A stretch of 52,866 bases of DNA. Source: Candidatus Bathyarchaeota archaeon RBG_13_38_9. Lineage in GTDB: Archaea; Thermoproteota; Bathyarchaeia; 40CM-2-53-6; RBG-13-38-9. Positions 8,929 to 17,518 of the stretch are shown piece by piece; position 1 is the first letter of the stretch; every line of letters begins with the position of its first letter. The notes below the pieces were generated by a model. That model was not told where the DNA came from. It ran no database searches and worked only from the letters and a program-made list of their open reading frames with translations. The stretch spans positions 18,483 to 71,348 of the forward strand of contig MEZD01000001.1 of assembly GCA_001775955.1 (NCBI GenBank), read 5' to 3'. A program made the translations under genes and the position numbers.

Positions 8929-9096
8929 ATGAAATTACCACACGTTGGACATGAAAAACACTTATGCAAAATATGGGCAGATACTTATGATGTTGATGAG
9001 GTAAAAGGAATCATAAAGGACGCCCAGTTCGTTTGTAAGGTTTGTGGAAGAGCCGCAGCAAAAAAAGAAAACCTATGCGATCCTGCTCCACTTTAA
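8929..9096 (+). CDS. Small (55 aa) His/Cys-rich protein, putative metal-binding, family unknown.
   Basis: Manual translation: MKLPHVGHEKHLCKIWADTYDVDEVKGIIKDAQFVCKVCGRAAAKKENLCDPAPL. An AAGGTGA Shine-Dalgarno-like site lies 7 nt upstream (8916-8922), a TTTAAGTATA TATA-like box at about 8885-8894, and an oligo-T tract follows the stop. It is below the ORF-track size cutoff. Confidence 0.55.
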   Translation: MKLPHVGHEKHLCKIWADTYDVDEVKGIIKDAQFVCKVCGRAAAKKENLCDPAPL

Positions 9097-9109
9097 ATTC
9101 TAAATCATA

Positions 9110-9128
9110 TTTTTTTTTTGAAAAAAAA
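9110..9128. terminator. T10-G-A8 tract, a candidate bidirectional oligo-T terminator between convergent genes.
   Basis: TTTTTTTTTTGAAAAAAAA reads as an oligo-T run on both strands. It lies between the 3' ends of 8929-9096 (+) and 9229-10239 (-). Confidence 0.4.
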
Positions 9129-9228
9129 TAGAACACTAATTTCTTTATGAAAAAATAATCAGTGTGTATTAATTATTTTAGAAAATTAAATTTTTTCCAG
9201 TTAATTTACTCGTGACGGTTTAAATCTA

Positions 9229-10239
9229 CTATTTGCTTGTCTCTAAAATTTTTGTCGCTACTTCTTGAGCCTTTAAAGCATCATCTGTTGTAATATCAGG
9301 TTGTTTATTCTGAAGAATAGATTGTATGAAATGTTCATCTTCTTGGTAATGCCCCCAAACTTTTGCTCCGCTCTCTCTAAATATCCACATTTGCTTCTGA
9401 GGATCCGAACCAAAAAGAGTTACTCTATCATTTTCTTCTGACAAAATACTATTTGTATTATCTCCAAGAACTTCCAGTCTCACCATGCTCATCGCATGTC
9501 TGACAAGTCCACTGAATTCTAGTGTCACAACTGTATTGTTAGAGAATTCAAGAACTGCAAGAGAGGCGTATCCATTTGTTCCACCGAGCTCCTGGAGAAT
9601 TGTATCTTTTGATACTGCGTGTACTTTTCTGACTTCAGCATTTAGAAGCCATCGTAGAAGATCGATAGACCACACAGATAATGTAAATGCTGGACCGCCT
9701 CCACTTTTCTCCTTATTCCATGCCCATGATGTAGGAGGCCATTGCCTTGCAAGGTCTACAGCAGGTATAAACTCTCGATAAAAGATTGCCGCCGGTTTTC
9801 CAATTGACCCTTTATCAATTAGCTCCTTTGTCTTAACATAATTCGGTGTAAATCTGAAATTGAGACTGGGCATTAAAATCACGCCAGCTTTCTTCGCCTC
9901 ATCAACTATTTCTTGAGCATCTTTCATGTTCGGTGCTAAAGGCATCTCACATAAGACATGCTTTCCAGCTTTGAGAGCATCGATAGCTATCTTCTTATGC
10001 AAAAAAGTTGGAACTGATATGACCACAGCACCAACATTTGGATCATTGATCAGATCCTCATGAGTAGAATATACAGACTTTATTTTTGATTTGTCTGCTG
10101 CCTTCTGCAAACGTTTCTGATCAACATCAGCTATAGCCACTAATCTAGAGCCGAGTATTCTTCGAAAAGCTGATAGATGCGCCTTTTCTCCGACAAAACC
10201 TAGACCTATAATTCCAATACCAACTTCAGTCTTAGTCAA
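9229..10239 (-). CDS. Gfo/Idh/MocA-family NAD(P)-dependent oxidoreductase.
   Basis: N-terminal Rossmann motif VGIGIIGLGFVGEKAH, the EMPLA motif (HVLCEMPLA), and a typical 336-aa length. Confidence 0.85.
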   Translation of the reverse strand: MTKTEVGIGIIGLGFVGEKAHLSAFRRILGSRLVAIADVDQKRLQKAADKSKIKSVYSTHEDLINDPNVGAVVISVPTFLHKKIAIDALKAGKHVLCEMPLAPNMKDAQEIVDEAKKAGVILMPSLNFRFTPNYVKTKELIDKGSIGKPAAIFYREFIPAVDLARQWPPTSWAWNKEKSGGGPAFTLSVWSIDLLRWLLNAEVRKVHAVSKDTILQELGGTNGYASLAVLEFSNNTVVTLEFSGLVRHAMSMVRLEVLGDNTNSILSEENDRVTLFGSDPQKQMWIFRESGAKVWGHYQEDEHFIQSILQNKQPDITTDDALKAQEVATKILETSK

Positions 10240-10378
10240 GAATCATCATTTATAGCGGAAATATCCACATATAAAAATCTGAGTCTTTTTAGATATGACA
10301 AATACGAGTTTCTCTCATCTGCCAGCCATAACTGATTAGTGAATGGTTTTGAAAAAGCTCAAATATTAAGTGGCAGTT

Positions 10379-10394
10379 GGTAGGTAGGTAGGTA
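10379..10394. repeat. (GGTA)4 tetranucleotide microsatellite.
   Basis: GGTAGGTAGGTAGGTA lies 10 nt upstream of the ATG at 10405. Confidence 0.6.
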
Positions 10395-10404
10395 GTATTT
10401 TATC

Positions 10405-11052
10405 ATGGTCAAACTATCCTGCCATCATTGTGGCCACTATTGGGACTACCAAGGCAAAACAAAATATTATGCAACATGTCCAAATTGCCGATATAAAGTC
10501 AGAATCCAACCAGAAGAATCAATTAAACCAGAATTGAAAAGAAGAGACTTAGACTCCCGGAAAATATTAACCAAAGAGAAAAAACCGAAGAAACTAATCG
10601 GTATCGCCGCTATAGTCAGCAGAGTTATTGAAAAACACCAACAGAACAAGAGTATGTTAATTCAGATATTGCTTCAGCTACAAAATGACTTTGGATGGCT
10701 TCCAAGAGAAATGCTCACTGAGGTTAGCAAACAATTAGAAATACCATTAAATCGCGTATATCAGATTGCAACATTCTACAAGGCTTTTTCATTGGCCCCC
10801 AGAGGCAGACATCTGATTAGAGTCTGTATGGGAACATCATGTAAAGTAAGAGGCGCTACAACCATTCTAGATAAATTACAAAGCACATTAGAAATTGAAA
10901 AAGACCAAACAACACCAGACGGCAGATTCAGTCTTGAAACAGTGAATTGTGCAGGTTGTTGCGCATTGGGTCCTGTAATAACTATTGATGGCGACTATCA
11001 TGGAAATCTGAAGGTAGTGGATACTGAGAAGATATTGGCGAAATACAAGTGA
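10405..11052 (+). CDS. NuoE/HoxE-type [2Fe-2S] (24-kDa-like) subunit with an N-terminal zinc-ribbon extension.
   Basis: The C-terminal two-thirds carry NuoE cluster ligands (RVCMGTSCKVRG ... VNCAGCCALGP). The first about 35 aa (CHHCGHYW...CPNCRYKV) are a CxxC...CxxC ribbon followed by a Lys-rich linker. Confidence 0.85.
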   Translation: MVKLSCHHCGHYWDYQGKTKYYATCPNCRYKVRIQPEESIKPELKRRDLDSRKILTKEKKPKKLIGIAAIVSRVIEKHQQNKSMLIQILLQLQNDFGWLPREMLTEVSKQLEIPLNRVYQIATFYKAFSLAPRGRHLIRVCMGTSCKVRGATTILDKLQSTLEIEKDQTTPDGRFSLETVNCAGCCALGPVITIDGDYHGNLKVVDTEKILAKYK

Positions 11053-11059
11053 GCAGATA

Positions 11060-12988
11060 TTGGAGTCAATAAAACCAGTAAGAAATCCAGAAGAATTGGA
11101 AAAACTCCATCAAAAGATTGAAAGTGAACGTGGAAATGAAAAACCAATCGTCTCAATATGTATTAGTACAGGATGTGTCGCACTGGGTGCCACCTCAGTT
11201 CTTGAGGCTTTCAAAAATGGTATAAAGAAGACAAAATTAGAAAAAGAAGTGGAGATCAAAGAAACAGGTTGCCTAGGTTTCTGCGAACAAGGACCGCGAG
11301 TAACAATTTACCCAGATGAAATATGCTACTTCAAAGTCAAGCCTGATGATGTTCAGGAAATTATTTCTCAGACCATCAAAGAGAATAAGATTGTTGAACA
11401 TTTACTGTATACGGATCCTATAACCAGAAAAAAAGTACGAAGACTAGATGAAATTCCTTTCTATAAAGATCAGCTTAGACCACTTTTAGAAAATAATGCA
11501 AGAATAGATCCGAAAAATATACTGGATTATATCCATTTAGATGGATACAAGGCCCTAGCAAAGGCCATCACCCAAATGACCCCTCAACAAATCATCGAAG
11601 AGATCAAGAAATCTAAATTACGTGGCAGAGGTGGAGGTGGATTTCCAACCGGAATAAAATGGGAAACCACACGAAACGCCGCAGAACAAACAAAGTATGT
11701 AATTGTGAATTGTGACGAAGGAGATCCAGGTGCCTTCATGGACAGATCACTAATGGATGGCAATCCTCACAGTGTTCTGGAAGGACTTATCATAGGTGCC
11801 TTCGCCATAGGTGCAAAAGAAGGTTATGTATACGTAAGAGAGGAATACCCACTTGCAACAGAGAACATTACGACTGCAATTGACCAAGCTAAACAGTATG
11901 GATTTCTTGGTGAAGACATTTTAGGGTCAGGATTCAATTTCAACGTTAAAGTTCACAAGGGTGCAGGAGCATTTGTTTCAGGGGAATCCAGCGCCCTTAT
12001 GACAGCAATTGAGGGGAAAACAGGTGAACCCAGACCAAAATATATTCGCACAGCTGTCAAAGGACTCTGGAATAAACCTACCTGCCTAAATAACGTCAAA
12101 ACATGGGCAAACATACCACTCATAATAATGAAAGGGGCAGAGTGGTTCAAGAACATAGGCACTGAAGGTAGTAGTGGAACTGCAATTTTCTCTCTTGTTG
12201 GTAAAATCAAAAATACAGGGTTAGTAGAGGTTCCTATGGGCATCACTCTTCGAGACCTGATCTATAAGATCGGTGGAGGCATCAAAGACGATAATAAGTT
12301 CAAGGCCGTTCAAACCGGTGGCCCATCTGGAGGATTCATTCCCGAAGAGTATCTCGACCTCCAAGTAGATTTTGACGAGTTAGACAAGGTCGGCTCCATG
12401 ATGGGTTCTGGAGGCTTAGTTGTTATGGATGAGGATACTTGCATGGTAGATTCCGCAAGATATTTTGTAGATTTCTTATTAGAGGAATCCTGTGGAAAAT
12501 GTATTCCTTGCCGTGAGGGATTGAGAGTTCTATCTAAGATTCTTGGTAATATTTGTGAAGGAAAAGGAGAACATGTTGATATTGGAATAGTTGAAGATAT
12601 TGCTTTTACAATGGAGAATGCTTCACTATGTGCGTTGGGCACAACTGCCACTAACCCTGTTTTAACATCTCTGAAATATTTTAGAGAAGAATGGGATCAA
12701 CATATCAAAGATAAGAGATGTATAGCAAAAGTCTGTAAATCTCTTACCAACTTTTACATTGATCCAAAAGAATGCCAAGCTTGTCTAATCTGTCTTCGAG
12801 AGTGCCCAACAAAAGCGATCGAAGGTGAAAAAGATCAAGTCCACTGGATCAATCAGGAAAAATGTGAGAAATGCGGAATATGTTATGAAGTATGCAAATT
12901 TGATGCCGTCAAGAAACTTTCAGGTGAACCTATTCCCTCAAAACCAGCTAATGGAATGAAACCAATCCGTAAGGGTGTAAAACAATGA
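11060..12988 (+). CDS. NuoF/HydB/HoxF-type NAD(P)H-binding FMN/FeS subunit.
   Basis: N-terminal thioredoxin-like [2Fe-2S] domain (ICISTGCVALG ... GCLGFCEQGP), FMN/NADH motifs (GRGGGGFPTG, CDEGDPGAF), the N3 cluster (ESCGKCIPCREG) and a C-terminal 2x[4Fe-4S] domain (CQACLICLRECP, CEKCGICYEVC). TTG start. Confidence 0.9.
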   Translation: MESIKPVRNPEELEKLHQKIESERGNEKPIVSICISTGCVALGATSVLEAFKNGIKKTKLEKEVEIKETGCLGFCEQGPRVTIYPDEICYFKVKPDDVQEIISQTIKENKIVEHLLYTDPITRKKVRRLDEIPFYKDQLRPLLENNARIDPKNILDYIHLDGYKALAKAITQMTPQQIIEEIKKSKLRGRGGGGFPTGIKWETTRNAAEQTKYVIVNCDEGDPGAFMDRSLMDGNPHSVLEGLIIGAFAIGAKEGYVYVREEYPLATENITTAIDQAKQYGFLGEDILGSGFNFNVKVHKGAGAFVSGESSALMTAIEGKTGEPRPKYIRTAVKGLWNKPTCLNNVKTWANIPLIIMKGAEWFKNIGTEGSSGTAIFSLVGKIKNTGLVEVPMGITLRDLIYKIGGGIKDDNKFKAVQTGGPSGGFIPEEYLDLQVDFDELDKVGSMMGSGGLVVMDEDTCMVDSARYFVDFLLEESCGKCIPCREGLRVLSKILGNICEGKGEHVDIGIVEDIAFTMENASLCALGTTATNPVLTSLKYFREEWDQHIKDKRCIAKVCKSLTNFYIDPKECQACLICLRECPTKAIEGEKDQVHWINQEKCEKCGICYEVCKFDAVKKLSGEPIPSKPANGMKPIRKGVKQ

Positions 12989-13605
12989 AGACCCTAACCT
13001 TGAAGATCGATGGTAAAGAGATTGAAGCAAAAGAAGATATGACGATTCTCGAAGCAGCTGAGAAACTAGGGATCCAGATACCTACACTCTGTCACCATAA
13101 AAAATTAGAACCTTACGGAGCTTGCCGCATCTGCAGTGTTGAAATCGAAACAAGAGGAAAATCTCGGATTGTAGCTGCATGCTGTTATCCAGTCAAAAAC
13201 AATCTTAACGTAACTACTAGATCCACCCAAATAGACAAGATAAGAAAAACAATACTTGAACTCGCCGCGGTTACTGCTGGAGAAGATGCTATGGGTGAAA
13301 TGCGTAAACTAGCAAGTGAATATAACGCTGACCTATCCCACTTACGCTCAAAAACACCAATCGAACCAACAAGATGTATACTCTGCGGCCTATGTGTACG
13401 TCGCTGTATTGAGGCCACATGGGACAGTGTAATTGGATTCATTGGAAGAGGAACAAAAAGACAGATCGCACTTTATCCTGAAAAAGCATCGATATGCACG
13501 ATCTGCGACTATTGCCATGATGTCTGCCCTACAGGAAAAATAACATCAACTGGACCCGATCCTCCATTTCCTCAAATAGATGACGTTCTCGCAGGAAGGG
13601 AATAA
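12985..13605 (+). CDS. Short FeS protein equal to the N-terminal cluster domains of NuoG/HydA/FdhA, with no catalytic domain.
   Basis: MKTLTLKIDGKEIEAKEDMTILEAAEKLGIQIPTLCHH...GACRIC is the [2Fe-2S] domain, followed by CILCGLCVRRC and CTICDYCHDVCPTG. The protein ends at 206 aa. An ATGA overlap links it to the preceding gene. Confidence 0.8.
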   Translation: MKTLTLKIDGKEIEAKEDMTILEAAEKLGIQIPTLCHHKKLEPYGACRICSVEIETRGKSRIVAACCYPVKNNLNVTTRSTQIDKIRKTILELAAVTAGEDAMGEMRKLASEYNADLSHLRSKTPIEPTRCILCGLCVRRCIEATWDSVIGFIGRGTKRQIALYPEKASICTICDYCHDVCPTGKITSTGPDPPFPQIDDVLAGRE

Positions 13606-13674
13606 TTAAAATTAAATATGTTATCAACTGCGATATCATCTAAGAAGAATTTTCCTTTGGGGGCCTTATGAAAA

Positions 13675-14841
13675 TTGGCGAAAGAACGACTTATTGAAGC
13701 ATTAAATGATCTTGTAGCTGTAGAGATTGCAGCTGTGACTGAGTATCAACAACACGCCTACCTGATTGACGATCCGAAAATGATCGACCTTCTTGAAGAT
13801 TTCTCAATGGATGAAATGGCCCATATCGAATATTTTTCCAGGGAAGTTGCTCGTTTAGGCGGAATTCCCACAGTCATCCCCAAACAAATCAAACACGCCG
13901 GAGAAACCGATAATGAATTATTGCAACGCGATGTACACGTAGAGGCTGACGCAATCAAACGTCTAACTGAATATATGAAACTCGCTGAAGAAGAAGGAGC
14001 CCCCAGAATAAAGAAACTTCTTGAAGACGTTAGAGCTGATGAGATAGTCCATCATGATATGCTTGAAGCTCAACTGAACCCGCCCAAAGATTTCTGGGGT
14101 AAGATGAGGAATTCTATGGATATCGGTTCAGGCTTGATACTGACTGGATTATTTTGGCTATACTTCTGGGTATTTCAATGGTATGTATTCTTCTTGTTTG
14201 ATGCTCGATGGGCACACAATTTTGCTTATCCACTTATCCTACTGACTATAGGAGTAGCATACAAAGGAAAAAAAATGTCCACAGACCTTTTAGCATCAAT
14301 CTCAGCATTTATGATAATTCCAACTGAAACTGGATTAATTTCAGGTACACATAGCACCTACATAGTCAGCATAATACTTTTGATCATACTAGTATTGCTA
14401 GTGACTGAGCGAGGAAAAAAACAAGAATTACTATTCTTCCAGCACCGCTCTAGGCGATGGCTCAAAAAACACCTATTGACTTTTGCTTTTCTATTCCTAT
14501 TGCATATGCCATTTCTATACTGGGTCACTAGAGTAATCTTTGGAGAACCTGCTGAGTTAAATATGCCACCTGAGCCACCATGGGAAAGGGCATACTGGGG
14601 TACAGCGTCATACAATATTCTAGTAATTCCATTCGCTCTCATAGGAATGGCGGAAAGGTTCAGGGGAACTCTCAGAAGAAGAATATCAATATCAAAAATT
14701 GGTTATTGGTGGTCCCTTCTCATAATAATCGCAGGAGTCATCACTATAGGTGCAACATCTGGAGATTGGTTGAGATATTCAGCACCCCTTGTGATAGCAG
14801 TAATTATACTCATATTATCAATAGTAGCCCACAAGAAATAG
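13675..14841 (+). CDS. Bacterioferritin-like diiron domain fused to a polytopic membrane domain of unrecognised family.
   Basis: aa 1-135 form a four-helix-bundle pattern with E17, E47-x2-H50, E90 and E123-x2-H126 at Bfr-like ligand spacing. aa ~140-388 are multi-TM and paralogous to 7691-8353. TTG start with a GGGGG tract 12 nt upstream. Confidence 0.75.
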   Translation: MAKERLIEALNDLVAVEIAAVTEYQQHAYLIDDPKMIDLLEDFSMDEMAHIEYFSREVARLGGIPTVIPKQIKHAGETDNELLQRDVHVEADAIKRLTEYMKLAEEEGAPRIKKLLEDVRADEIVHHDMLEAQLNPPKDFWGKMRNSMDIGSGLILTGLFWLYFWVFQWYVFFLFDARWAHNFAYPLILLTIGVAYKGKKMSTDLLASISAFMIIPTETGLISGTHSTYIVSIILLIILVLLVTERGKKQELLFFQHRSRRWLKKHLLTFAFLFLLHMPFLYWVTRVIFGEPAELNMPPEPPWERAYWGTASYNILVIPFALIGMAERFRGTLRRRISISKIGYWWSLLIIIAGVITIGATSGDWLRYSAPLVIAVIILILSIVAHKK

Positions 14842-14859
14842 TCTCAAACTAACCTCTTC

Positions 14860-15417
14860 CTATTTTTTCTTTAAACACACTCGTTCAATAAATAGAGAAG
14901 TGACAATTGAAAAAGTAGCAATCTTGGTAATGTAGTTAAGAATTAGACTTGAAAATCCTAATAATATAGGAAAACCAATCATTATCCAGATTACGAATCC
15001 TACGATAAAAACTGTAATGGAACCATATAGAATTCTGTTTCTGGACCAAAATCCTATTCCACAAATGGGCATAATCAACCAAGAAACTCCAAGAGCAATA
15101 TAGTAAGGATTACCTTGGAGAATATGGTGCCCATGGACTATTAACGCAATTATGCTGAATATGAATTCGAATAGAAAAGCTGCACCAAATGGACAAGCTG
15201 AAGCTATCATAAAAGAATTCAATTTAGAAGTTCTCTTGGAAAGTAATAGAAAAATTATAAAAAAGGAAAAAACTGCACTGATCCATGTAATAGGAAAAAT
15301 CATATTCAAATCAGTTGTTGGACCACCAAGAAGTTGTTTTAGAACAGTTGGTCCAATCCAAGATCCTGGACCTGCAAAGTTAAGAATTAACCATTGGATC
15401 CATAATGGAACATACAT
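14860..15417 (-). CDS. Hypothetical integral membrane protein (about 6 TM).
   Basis: 185-aa hydrophobic ORF convergent with the ferritin-membrane fusion gene. No motif recognised. Confidence 0.55.
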   Translation of the reverse strand: MYVPLWIQWLILNFAGPGSWIGPTVLKQLLGGPTTDLNMIFPITWISAVFSFFIIFLLLSKRTSKLNSFMIASACPFGAAFLFEFIFSIIALIVHGHHILQGNPYYIALGVSWLIMPICGIGFWSRNRILYGSITVFIVGFVIWIMIGFPILLGFSSLILNYITKIATFSIVTSLFIERVCLKKK

Positions 15418-15495
15418 TATCCATGGTTTTTTCTGAAAAAAATGGAGACCATACAGTTTCGAATTTGCACCAGCAATTTTGATAAGTTACAATTC

Positions 15496-16323
15496 TTAAT
15501 AAAAGCGGGCTTGTTTATCAGATTTTTTGCCTATGAGTCTGCCACGCCCGACTTTTCCTTCATCAGCTGCTTTTACCCACATTGATAAGCCGTCATCAGC
15601 AGCTTGAAAGAGTTCAGCTCCATATTGTTTCAGTATTCCGTCCTTTAATTTCTCTTGGAGCCTCTTCTGGTAAAGGTGGCAATGTTCGGTGAAATCTTTG
15701 CTTAAATCTTCTTTCTCTAATACTTGTAAACCTGTATTTTTCATTAGCCCTTCATAGCCTTCTAAGGTTTCCATGTAAGGGAACGCCATGAAACTGTTAA
15801 GAGATTCCCACTCTTCAGCAGACATGTTTCCTACTTGAAGCCAGTCTGTAAAAGCTACGATTCCTTGAGGTTTTAAAACTCGGTATGATTCCTGCATTAG
15901 TTTATTTTTATCAGTGACATAACACCAGGCATCTTGACCCCAGACTATATCGAAACTTCCTGCTTTAAATGGCATATCTAAGGCATTGCCTAATTTGTAA
16001 GTAATCGAATCAGTTAGACCTTCTTTTTCAGTTCTTCTTATCGCTTCATTAATCATCTTTTCAGTGGCGTCTAATCCTGTCACTTGACATCCATATCTTT
16101 TTACAAGATATCGTGCTGGACCTCCAAGAGCGCTACAAACATCTAATACTACATTATCTTTCGCGATTCCTGCTTTTTGTGCAAGTATATCAGTTTCTTT
16201 ATCTCCACCGACGTGGATTTGTTCTCCCATTAGCATTTCCCATAGAATACCTACAGGACCTGTATAGACCTCATTTACATCCCCAATGGTGAAGTCTAAC
16301 CGTTTACCTTTTTCTAAACTCAT
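15496..16323 (-). CDS. Class I SAM-dependent methyltransferase.
   Basis: SAM motif I VLDVCSALGGPARYL, an acidic motif-II residue (GLDATEKM) and post-I FDIVWGQDA. The N-terminal LWEMLMGEQIHVGG resembles the WGxxxHxG block of the sarcosine/dimethylglycine, gamma-tocopherol and sterol methyltransferase group. The substrate is unknown. Confidence 0.8.
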   Translation of the reverse strand: MSLEKGKRLDFTIGDVNEVYTGPVGILWEMLMGEQIHVGGDKETDILAQKAGIAKDNVVLDVCSALGGPARYLVKRYGCQVTGLDATEKMINEAIRRTEKEGLTDSITYKLGNALDMPFKAGSFDIVWGQDAWCYVTDKNKLMQESYRVLKPQGIVAFTDWLQVGNMSAEEWESLNSFMAFPYMETLEGYEGLMKNTGLQVLEKEDLSKDFTEHCHLYQKRLQEKLKDGILKQYGAELFQAADDGLSMWVKAADEGKVGRGRLIGKKSDKQARFY

Positions 16324-16371
16324 TTTTTTCCTTCCATATTATTAATGAGAACAATAAGAAAATGGAAATAT

Positions 16372-17436
16372 CTATCTTAGGTTATCTGGATTTATCCAGC
16401 ATCTTGGATCTGGTGCTAACATATCTCCTGTATCATAATATGCTGTTGCTCTGCATCCCCAACAAACTGAATTATGCTCACAACTGTTGCAATGTCCCGG
16501 CATATTTTTCTGATTTCTCAAATGAGTTAGAAGCAGTTGATCCTTATTTTCTTCAATTATTTTTTCTAGAGGTTTCTCACTAATATTGCCAAATCCTTTT
16601 CTAATTACAGAACATGGTGTTAAATCGCCATCTATTGTTACACAAATCATTCCACCGCAGTAGAACTTATTGACGTCCATTGTGCTCATAGAAGGTTGAG
16701 ATTTTGAATAGTTGCTCACATCCCTTGAATCGCATGCTTCTTTTATCTCCTCAATTGTAGGGATCCATTCTGAATGTTCTTTAGCAAGACCAGTTTCGCA
16801 CATTTGTGTTAAGCAGGTTCTCATACCTTTCTTTTCAAAAAAATAGTTAATCGTATTTTTTACATCCTTGCCTGCAACGAGTTTAGTGAAAGTTATGCAG
16901 TTTATCATATTCTCAGGTTTTTTGCCCAGTGACTGAACATTATCAACTCCTTTTAATATAGTCTCAATCTTCTGTCGAGCATCACCAGTGTGTAATTTTT
17001 TGTAGATATTTTCATTTAGACTATCCAAATGTACTGAAACAAATCCACCTTCAGTAACTTTAACAACTTTCTTGGCTATCTCTACATCTGCCAGTGGAAG
17101 CCCACTTGTCCAGACGTTATTTTTTAAGCCTTTTTTGGTGGCGTATTCGACCAGATCATACCAATCTTTTCTAAGCAGTGGATCTCCTCCTAACCAATCT
17201 ATGGCTCGGACTTCCATTTTCGCAGCAGAATCTAAGACGCTTAATATCTGTTCTTTTGGAAGTTCTTTCATTGGAGTATTTTCATCTGATGCATAACAGT
17301 ATAGACAGCCTTGTTGACATTGTAAAGTGGATTCTATCTGGATGCTATAGACTTTGCATTGCTTGAAATATTCTATCTCTTCAGCATAATTAGGATGAAA
17401 GCATCCATAAACTACCACTGATTTATTTTCAGTCAA
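16372..17436 (-). CDS. Radical SAM enzyme with a C-terminal SPASM/twitch auxiliary-cluster domain.
   Basis: CxxxCxxC motif (CQQGCLYCYA). The C-terminal Cys-rich region (YCGGMICVTIDGDLTPCS ... GHCNSCEHNSVCWGCRATAY ... DPRCW) is typical of SPASM maturases. Confidence 0.85.
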   Translation of the reverse strand: MTENKSVVVYGCFHPNYAEEIEYFKQCKVYSIQIESTLQCQQGCLYCYASDENTPMKELPKEQILSVLDSAAKMEVRAIDWLGGDPLLRKDWYDLVEYATKKGLKNNVWTSGLPLADVEIAKKVVKVTEGGFVSVHLDSLNENIYKKLHTGDARQKIETILKGVDNVQSLGKKPENMINCITFTKLVAGKDVKNTINYFFEKKGMRTCLTQMCETGLAKEHSEWIPTIEEIKEACDSRDVSNYSKSQPSMSTMDVNKFYCGGMICVTIDGDLTPCSVIRKGFGNISEKPLEKIIEENKDQLLLTHLRNQKNMPGHCNSCEHNSVCWGCRATAYYDTGDMLAPDPRCWINPDNLR

Positions 17437-17518
17437 AGCATATACCCTGTAATCTTGGATTAATGCCGTCGCTAGCCGTTCTTGATTGATATAAAGATAA
17501 CGTTGTTATATAATTGAT

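Noticed and set aside
10379-10394. The (GGTA)4 repeat as a regulatory or phase-variable element.
   Set aside because: There are only four units. The repeat lies in a 5' untranslated position where it may simply contribute purine-rich RBS-like sequence. Nothing in the window indicates variability.
12310-12651. 113-aa antisense ORF inside the NuoF-like gene. Other antisense ORFs are at 11953-12246, 13185-13442, 35045-35392, 36026-36640 and 7632-8039.
   Set aside because: All are embedded opposite strongly supported genes and have low-complexity or Ser/Pro-rich products with no motifs. They are shadow ORFs.
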